A DNA stretch of 64,000 bases from Botryllus schlosseri (lineage: Eukaryota): NCBI GenBank assembly GCA_051294905.1, contig CM119378.1, positions 14,632,001-14,696,000 on the forward strand. The letters run 5' to 3'. Each line of letters opens with the position of its first letter. Position 1 is the first letter of the stretch. The position numbers and the translations under genes are program-made. The notes beneath the pieces were generated by a model. The model was not told where the DNA came from, made no database searches, and saw only the letters and a list, made by a program, of their open reading frames with translations. This document shows positions 11,144 to 20,362 of the stretch, piece after piece.

Positions 11144-13370
11144 TCATCCTCGCTGCGTCTTCTTCCCAGCTGCCCCTTTCTGAACGACCGCGTACACGTC
11201 GCCACCTTGCGGATCTGTGCGCACGACCTGCGCGTACGTGTCGGTCACCGGAGGCGATCGAGAGTCGTCCGCCAGATCGTACTCGTTCTGCGCCTCCTCG
11301 TGTGACGTCACAAGGTCGGGTCTCGCGGCCTCGTCATAGAGCGGGTTGTCGTTGGTCTGGCGCGTATCGTCGGCGGATCGTCTGTCTTCTTCTTTGTTCC
11401 TGCGGGAGAGAATGGGAATGTTCCTGGCAACTGTCAACGCTAAATTTCGGATTCGGATTCAGCGCCCCAAATGACCCAAAGAAATCATTCCACAGATATC
11501 GTGCAACGTTATCTGTCTGCAATTTACGACTAACAAACCGCGTCGTATCGCGCAACTATACACCTCCTAGACCAGTGGTTCCCAACCGGGAGGAATTCCC
11601 CCCTTGGGGGGAATTTTGAAATTTTTATGGGGGAATCTGGCTAAATTTTTTTAGGGGAAATCTGGCTTTGGCATTGTATCGGAAGATACACTTGGTTCAC
11701 AAGGTTTTTAGATTTTTATGGTATAGAACTGTCAAGTAGAAATTAGTTCTTTACAATTGTATATTTCTTTGGCGGATTTCAAGCTAGGTGTATGTTTAAA
11801 TGCCTTTCGTAGATATTACACCCCCTGATAAAGTGAGGCTCACGAGACGATTTCGTTGGGTCCACGACAGCAGCCTCTCAACCAAATTGCTATTAAGTAG
11901 GAAAACGTCAAGTCGAATTCAGCGCAAGGCCGCTAGTGAAATTGTTTCAACTTTTTAAGCCAACATATGAGCTAACGTGAAAAACATACCGTACCAAATT
12001 CATCGATTCCCCTTAAGTCCATATCAAGCGGACTTGGTGATTTATTCTTCGTCAGCGGCTACTCGACCGGTCAAAAACAGGTCAAATTTGACTGTAATTA
12101 ACCAAAGTTTAGTGCGGTCCGCATTCGCCATAGTTCGGACACATCTGAATATATTTGGCCATTAATTGCTCAGTCAACAAATGGTTGCGAGCGAAAAAGC
12201 ACATTTTTTTAGTCACAGGCAACTTTTTCATAGGGGGAATTTTAGCTCAAATATCGGACAAGGGGGGCACGAGACGAAAAAGGTTGGGAACCACTGTCCT
12301 AGACATACTCAAAATAACAAAAGCCGATTGACCAAGTTGACTCTAGTTTGTTCAAGTCTTCGCGTTATGACGATGAAATCGGCTTTTCTGTCAAATTACT
12401 ACAGAACTTAACTTCAGATTAACTACCTGCACTTCACAGTCCAATCTCACCTTTTGCACCGAAATGCAATGATTGCCAATACCACAATGAAAACAATCAG
12501 GCCTCCAACTATACCTCCAATGATACCCGCGTATGGAAATGAACGTTGTAGTTGCGGCAATGACGCCGTGTTGTTGATCTGTGCTTCGGTTGTGCCTAGA
12601 CAGGAATACAGCGTTTCAGGTTACTACTTACTGCACAGGAAAGTGATTAGACTGCACTTTCTATCTCTCCGACTTGAACTAGAGATGTGCTTCCACTGCC
12701 AACAGTACATTTCGCGGGTTCCTTCACTTCGCCGCTGCACTGAGACAGTCGAACCGTAATGTTCCATCCGTCTTGCTTGTGTGTAAATGACTCTAAAGCG
12801 ACAAAGTCAGGAAAGGCGATAATGTTATTTCAAAACCAACTTGATTCTCCGCATTCCCTAAATCTCGTCAAGTTGTAGACGTTCAATTTGATTCTGTAAA
12901 CTTCTATAGCCGTCCAAGTGCAACTAGAGTCCGCTGGAGTCGCGTAGTTTGATTCATTGCTTGTTTTCCATATTACGGGGCACTGCCCGGCCACCATCGG
13001 AGCAGTCACTGTAAGCAAAGTATCGGTTATCGGCGTATAACAGTATCGATAAGCACACAAACCTGCTATTTTCACGATTACTAACAGTAGCTCCAGTATG
13101 ACGGAACACTTTGAACTAATCCGAACCTTATACTCAAGAAAACTAATGGTAATCATGTAAAATTTCTGAATTTTATATAACTTGAATCAACTTCAGTGAG
13201 ATATTTTCATTTACCCCGTTTGCCTCATCCGCTCACGTTTATCTGCTGATCACTGACACGCAGCTTGTTCAACACAAAAAATATGGAACATACACTTTTC
13301 TGCGCTCATATCGGCCACGACAACTGCAACAAAAGCAATTTTGAGGAAATCCTACCAGACTCGCAACCAT
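11144..13370 (-). CDS. Type I membrane receptor-like gene: signal peptide, CUB-like ectodomain, TM, tail with 4 Tyr motifs; this copy has an apparent +1 frameshift in exon 1
   Basis: Predicted exons 13370-13294, 13008-12841, 12792-12658, 12595-12451, 11399-11144, with consistent phases (1,1,1,2). TM GIIGGIVGGLIVFIVVLAIIAF followed by RCKR. Tail contains NPLY, EYDL, DTYAQV and DVYAVV. Ectodomain SNY..P.DSSCTWT....YRIKLNVYNL...C ... DGWNITV resembles a CUB fold (inference). The last two exons are strongly supported; the donors at 12840 and 12657 are weak. Confidence 0.65.
11573..12296. mobile_element. hAT MITE (724 bp) in the last intron of the receptor-like gene
   Basis: TIR CAGTGGTTCCCAACC; perfect TSD TCCTAGAC (11565-11572 and 12297-12304). 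Confidence 0.9.
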
Positions 13371-13499
13371 GGCGAAGGCAACATTCTTTCCATTGCTATT
13401 TTGACAACGCTGAGTCAGCCATTTCGCCTTACTTCCTGCCATTTAGATCGGGTTTCTGGCAGCAAACTTTCACCAACAATAGCAAGTAGATGACATGCT

Positions 13500-13505
13500 T
13501 TTATT
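13500..13505 (-). terminator. Candidate polyadenylation signal (AATAAA) of the adaptor-like gene
   Basis: AATAAA on the minus strand about 400 nt after the stop at 13908 and about 130 nt before the next ATG at 13370. Confidence 0.4.
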
Positions 13506-13907
13506 GTTCTTGGTACTGAGGCTAGATAAATAGAACTGAATTCTAAAATCCGTTAACTATAGTGCGATGTGAACTATAGCGCTTGCGATTACTGGATCTG
13601 ACATCTCGACCTTGCCTTCCTAGTCCCACACATGGCACCTCAATAACGTCATCTCCCATAACTTTCCCTTCAGTGTGCTTTTTACATCGCCCCCAGGATG
13701 TTTGATTTCAAAGACTATATACTCAGAGTTGTTTCCTAACTTTTCACTGCATCGCAATCTTGTGGTGTTTTGAAGCGATGAAATTATCAATAAAACTTAT
13801 GCATGTTTGAAAAAGGACACGGTCGGTCTATTCAACGTTCGAAATGCGATAGGTCTCATCAAGTATTGAAAAACACTTAGGACTATCGCGAGGATGTGTA
13901 TTGAAGT

Positions 13908-15419
13908 TCATTTTGCGTGGGAAGAGCCAGCGGATACGTTGACTTGTTCGTACGCTGAACCCTCTTGTAATGTCTTAGACGCGTTGGGAATATCTTCGTA
14001 ATTACGAATTGAAGCTTCGTACGTCTCGTAAGCTCCCGCCGCCTGCTCGTCTGTATGCGCTGCCATGTCGATTGCAGGCGTGTCGACTTGTTTGTGGTTC
14101 CTGAACCGTCTGATGCTGAAATTTGAGTGTCGTTTATTGACGACTTTGCAGCAGCGAACGTTGGAAACTCACTTTCTCGTGCCAACGACGATAATTTCAA
14201 CGAACATCATTCCGATCGCACCGCCGACAATCGCCACCGCGGCCACGTTCGAACATTCCATACTTTTGCTTCTAAACCACGAACAAACCTCGAGCTAATC
14301 TACTTCCTGCTATCTGAACGTTTGACTCATCTAGTGCGCAGAAAAGATCGCGTCGCAACACTGAAACGCGCATGATGTCATGCTTTGGCGTGAGAATGGC
14401 GTGAGTCGCAGCAAGCAAGCAACGCTCTCTGATAGGGGCATTTCGACGCAGGGTCCTGGTATCAGGGATGTCCCTGCCTGGTATAATTGATGTCGCTTAC
14501 TGATTCGAACCGCGATTAATCGAGGCAATACATTTTTTCGGCTTTCTGTAGCTGGTCTACAGGATGACAAAGAAAATTGGTAGAACATCTAGGAGTCGTT
14601 TCTGGGGTTTTCAAGGTTGCTAATTACGAATATCACATTGGTTTCGCCAGATTGGCTCTAGAAGAGAAGATATTTATATCCATAAAAAGCTTAAAATCAC
14701 TGTATTTACCCTTGAATATTTCACTTGGTAGGACGTAAATCTTAGATTCTTCTACTTTTATACTGCGCATAAATAGATAATTGACTATGATGAACACTCA
14801 TGTCGTTTTCAGTTATTCCATCAAGCATGACCTGATCCGTGAACTTTGTTTGTTAAAAAAGCAGTTTGTCAAGCCTAAAAATTGTACTTTTGCACAATGG
14901 AAATATATTTTCTCCTGTACCAATTGGTCATTCTACCAAGATGAAAGAGGAGTATAAAGCTATCAAGTTCGTCCCTGGAAAGCTTAACTAAAGTACTCGT
15001 ATGCGTCTCATCTCTTTTCCCTTGTAAATGGATGATTTTCCATAAAGCCAACAAAGTGAGTATACCTGGTATCCATATCAAACGAGAAGCTTAAATCTGG
15101 AGTCTTTGAGGGATCTCAGATTCGAATACGGACTAAGAATTACAATTTCATATTAGGAAAGGTGATCACTGCATTGATGTAGTAAATAAAACTTTTTGGA
15201 AGATCACAAAGCACCCAACTATACAAACAGTTGGTCCGAGAATTGGTATATGCATATGGAAACCTTGGAGTAAACATGAGCATTAAATCTCACTTCCTGT
15301 TCAGTCCTCTTGATATATTTTCTGATAATATTTTTGATTAGAGGGAGTGGAAAGGAGAAAGGTTCCACCAATACATAACAACCACAAAAGAAAGATATCA
15401 GTGAAGATGCGACGAACAT
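13908..15419 (-). CDS. Small single-pass adaptor-like protein (about 162-172 aa): signal peptide, short Cys ectodomain, TM with Glu, ITAM-like tail
   Basis: Predicted exons 15419-15294 (MFVASSLISFFCGCYVLVEP..., donor GTGAGA), optional 14657-14628, 14556-14501, 14271-14173 (SKSMECSN-VAAVAIVGGAIGMMFVEIIVVG-TR, donor GTGAGT), 57-nt intron, then 14115-13908 (NIRRFR...AYETYEASIRNYEDIPNASKTLQEGSAYEQV...AK stop). All junctions are GT-AG and phase-compatible. The TM and tail exons are the best supported. Confidence 0.7.
14801..15301 (-). repeat. Right arm of the inverted repeat; occupies intron 1 of the adaptor-like gene and overlaps its exon 1 donor
   Basis: Reverse complement of 10191-10670. Similarity ends at 15301, 8 nt inside predicted exon 1. 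Confidence 0.85.
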
Positions 15420-18400
15420 ATTATGGCAGACTATAGCTGGAACCTTTCGAAAAACTGCACTAAATTGCTTACAACCGAAAATAGTACAAGAACCAATTTT
15501 CCTTTAAGATAAGTTAATAATATATTATTCCAACTGATTATTTCGAATTTAAAATAGTCTCCGATTATGATAAATCTAATACCACGAGATATAATTCTGT
15601 TGATGTATTTTGAAACAGTCTTCAGCATGTCAAAATAACAAGCAGATTGAATTTCTGAACTTTATAGTACGACTGAGCCGATTTTTTATTATCCAGCCCA
15701 TACAGCCAAAATATGAGATTTTAGTAATATTAGTAACGTATTTACAATAGCTATTTATAGACGATAACTGTAACCGTTTATGACCACTACAACGAAGATG
15801 TCGTTTTAGTTGATTGAAACGTGTTGTGAAAAACCTAGCGTGGATCATATATGATCCACCCGCTGGTTAACTGAAACCATTTCACTTGCGAAGATTAGAA
15901 ATTGTATTTTGGTAAATTGTGATTGCCCAGATTGAATAAATTATATCGTGTCCTTGTTTACAGTCAAAAATAAAAATTATTAAATAATTATAAATTTCGG
16001 TTTTAGATGAAGACTGTATAGTGTATATACCGTCTAATTTGAATTTGCCCGACACAAATCTGTTCTGAGCGGCCCTGGAATTCAAAATAAATAATCTACC
16101 ATTGACTGTTAATGCGTGGACTAAAACCGACTGAACTGGAACTTCGTTTACTTTGAAGACTGTTTATTTATGTGCCGCGATTACGTAGCCTACGTACGTC
16201 CATGCGTAGGCTATAGTCCCTATTCAAAATAAAGTCAATGTAGCGAAGTATACCGTAATAATTGAAGTCACAAGCAGTCACTGTTTCCATATAGTCCAGT
16301 TCAAATCAGTGCTCGTGATTGAGTCATCATCAACCATAAAGTAGGGATGGTGTGAACGTGTGCGGTTCACGTTCGCGTTCTGTGTGTGAACCTCAGAAAT
16401 GTGGAGGTTCACGTTCACAAACGAACCTTGGAAGGTTCTGCACTGTGAACCGTTTTCATATATTACAGTCTTCACTTCATTATAACATCTTTGATTGCAA
16501 TTTATTGCATTCAACTGCAATACTACTATGCATAAAGTGCTTTCATATTGAATCTTCAGGTAAAGAATCGACACTTAATTATTACACAATCATGTGAATT
16601 ATAGCTAAAGACAGCTGTAGTCGAGACTCGAGAGTCGAGACTCGTAACAAAATTGAGGTGAGGCGGAGAGAAAGTTCAATATAAACGCGGCTCAGTAGTG
16701 TATTCGCCACTTCTCTTCGCTTATTTACATTAGCGTCGGATTGCTTGAGACGCGTCCTGTATATCAAACCTGTGTATCAAACCATTGAGCCGTGACCGAT
16801 CTATCCTACAACAATCTCGCAACAATATTGTTGCACGCACAGTTGTTGAATAACTTTCTAAATGTCTTGAGCAATACGCCGGATATGTTGCAGGCAGATG
16901 AAAGTTGTTGCAGTGTAGTACAGTACAATGCAGTGGTAAATCGGTAATGTCGTCGATAGTTCCGTCGTCTGACGATTTATTCACTATCTCACTTCGGTGC
17001 GTATGAAGACTGTGTGATGAATGGGCGTCACTTCAATTCAATTCAATTTATTGCTAACAATTTCATCATTTCAATACACCACAAGACTGCGATACAATGC
17101 AAGATAGGAAACTGTCGAAACGACTTGGAGTAGTCTTCGAAATCACACACCCACTTGGCCTAGGCGATGTAAAAAATGAGGCATGTGCACTGAATGAAAA
17201 GTAAAGAAGATAATATAAAAGGTCAGGCGACAAAAAGAGGTGGCATGTGTCGGAAGGCGAGATCGATATTTCAGGTCGTGATCCGGTAAACTAGAGCGCT
17301 GACTAGTATTGATCCAGTGATAGTAATTGTTTGTATTTCGACTTAAATGTGGATATGGACAGGGACATGCTCGATCACTGTAGGATAGCCGGCGAGATAC
17401 TATTTCACAGTGCAGGCCCGGCATATTTGATAAAGCGATGATCTTATTTGTCGGCCTCGGCCATATGGTAGTTGGACGACGTGGGCGGGCGTCTGTTGTA
17501 CTTTAGTACTTTGTACTTATATATACACTTTTGATAGCGAGTTAAGAAGCCATTGGCAGTGACCACAGTGGAACTGATAGCCTATACATAACTTATCAAT
17601 TTCTAAGTTTTGGCATATCTTTTATGTTTAGGACACCGAATGTTTTGAGCAGTAATTTGTTGGACACACATCCTGGCCCCTGGCCCTGGCTATGATACTT
17701 CACGCATTGTCTATAGTTCCTGGTATAACTATTTTTATAAATTCAAAACACCGGAATACTACGATTAAATGAAAAGATAGGCACCCACGTTGACCTTATT
17801 TACATGCTGTGGGCCCAGAAGGGTGTCTAATCAAAATACCAGGGGAAGGTGGAGCACAATGTGCCCAAAACACAATTTTAGTCATAAATATATTTCGAAT
17901 CCAGAAATACCAATGAACTTTAGCAAAACGACGGATGAACATTAAACGTATATTTCCAAAGAAAGAAGATTTCAAAATACGAAGAAATAACGAAATCACA
18001 GTCACTTGAAAAACTTACCTTTTTTGTCCAATTATGCCCCATAGCCATAAGTCATCTAAAACACAGTCGAAAGGTAGCGATGTAAATTAACGCAGGCAAA
18101 ATTAGGAAACTCGTCATTTACTCATAAAGATAGCGACCCTGGCGAAATCAAACCACATCAGGACTACACCTGATATAACATTACATCATCGAAGAGATGT
18201 ATATTATTCCTGTCGGGTTTTTAAAATATTCACGATGTACCATTGTACTCCTGTATCCATTGCGCCCCGTCTTCCCGGGGTTAAGAATAACATAAGCTAA
18301 CGAAAAAGACAAGAAATTAAACTTAAGTGGCATGTATCGATGATCGAGGTATAGATATATGCCTGATCGTGATCTGATAATCTCGAGCGCATACCAGTAT

Positions 18401-20362
18401 GGTACGACCAATGCTTTTTTGATAAGTTTAAACCCTATTGTCCTACAATGGTGTGGTCTCAAGCAAATCTCATGGCTTATTGCGATTGGGTTACATCTCA
18501 CTTTCCATTTGACCGAAGGCGGTTTTGCGGCAATTTTTGACCGGCTTTCCGAGCGCGAAAATTGATGAAACTGGTGTCAATTGAAAGCTACCGTGGTACT
18601 GATTGCGAAAGTATTAATTTTTCTCGTGCTAGTGGTCCTGGAACCCCAAAAATCAGTCTCGAATTTTGAACTGTAACTGAGTTTGATATTATGACGCAAT
18701 AGTGCAATCTGTAACCAAGTTATGAGCTGCGCAAACCGCAAGCGTATTGGCCATTGTTACACAAGCGATTAAGCATTCACACTCTCGATGTGCAACGTGC
18801 ACTTGTTCCTGTTTTGCGACATACTATTCAAAGAGACGCTTAGGAGTACAGAACTTCATAACACATTTGAATAAAATATTCATATTTATTCCCGAAGCTT
18901 TTTATGCCAACAGAAAGAATTTGTGAATCATTTGAAAATCGCGCATTAACTTGTTTTGCTTCGCTATCTCCATGCCAACGCTTCAGTTCTCTCGTTTTCC
19001 TAACTTTGTATATTTTCTGTGTGACGTCATAATTAGCGATATATATTGTTGTTCAACATAGTTATTCGAATTCTCGCAATATTGCTGACGATATCCCGTG
19101 ACGAGGGTCAGCCGAAAAGCTTCGGGAATAAATATGAATATTTTATTCAAATGTGACATACTATTCCCGATGGCTTTGTTCCGTCACAATGCAAAACACC
19201 GTTACAATGAAAAATTTGAAGTTGATTTTGACGGGTGCTAGAACAAAGAGCACAATAAAATTTATATTTTACGTAATCAGTACCACGGTAACTTTCAATT
19301 GATACGATTTTTTTCGTGTTTTTCGCCGAGTAAGCCATGCTTACTAGTGCCGTAAATTGCCTTTGGGCAAATGGAAATAATGACGTGAACCATGTCCTAC
19401 GAAAAACAAGGCCTCACACCCAACCTTTTGACCTGAACATTAAGAGGGCGAAAGTCGATCTTTCAACCCTTACCAGATGTGCACTTCACTGGTCAAAAAA
19501 TGCCATATTGCCATAATACTTCCTGTTTCTGGCACTCTACTAACACACCAAGGCAGAATGCTTGTAAAAATAGTCTATTGCAGGCATATATAAGGGACCA
19601 ATACACATATACTGCATGACGAGATGCACATTGCGCTTCATAAGTATGGTGCATATAACTGAAGAACGATATCAACGAAATCTGTTATGTAGAACTATGC
19701 AAGTATACACATTGAACTCCAAATGGCATGGTACATATAAACTGAAAATATTAGCAACGAAATGAGCACAACCAATGCAAATTAATACAATAAAATCTGC
19801 ATATCTTGAGAAAAGTATTTGCAAAGCTATCGAATTTGAGATTCAGGAAACAAATTTGTCAAGACATTACTACACGATCATTTCTTTTTGTCTTTGCCTC
19901 TGTCTACATTGGCAAACATGGTCTTCTCTGAGGAAGGAATGTACTAATTTCTGCATATTTTTATTTAAAAAAAGACTACAGTTACCTGCAACGCCGCAAC
20001 TGTTAAATTTTTGCAATGTTCATTACAAGCGATTCGGGATTTACCTATCACGAATTTTTATACAAATAATATTGCACGTCACAGTTAGATATCAGCTGAT
20101 TAGACGAATCTGGAGCAGGGGAGGAATAGAATATGTAACGCGTGAACGAATCGCAATGAGGACACTGTGGTTAAACTAACCGTCAATGACATTACAGACA
20201 AACGTTCTTCGGCGTGCTCGTAACTGACGTTACTAAGGCCTTGAGGTTGCGTGGTATACCACATTATAATGTATATATCGCCGCATAGTTGACAGTTAGA
20301 ACATTGCATGTGTGCCAGGGTTATACACGTCCATAATGATATTTATTGATTCTGTATAGGTG

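Noticed and set aside
11080-11619. 179-aa plus-strand ORF
   Set aside because: It is the antisense shadow of the GC-rich last exon of the minus-strand receptor and runs into a MITE. It has no domain features.
12596-12792. Alternative frame ending ...CWQWK...RKCSLITFLC at a strong GTAAGT donor, reminiscent of a C-type lectin C-terminus
   Set aside because: It needs a 36-nt intron, shorter than any other here, and does not match the phase of the upstream exon. The CUB-like frame fits the phases on both sides. Not fully excluded.
14710-14762. Additional small exon of the adaptor-like gene
   Set aside because: It has a good donor, but the best acceptor gives a stop in the required phase. It works only with a weak downstream AG, so it was left out of the model.
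15420-20350. A third minus-strand gene upstream of the adaptor
   Set aside because: There are isolated splice-like signals (for example near 18015) but no phase-consistent exon chain. The region is mostly MITE fragments and AT-rich DNA.
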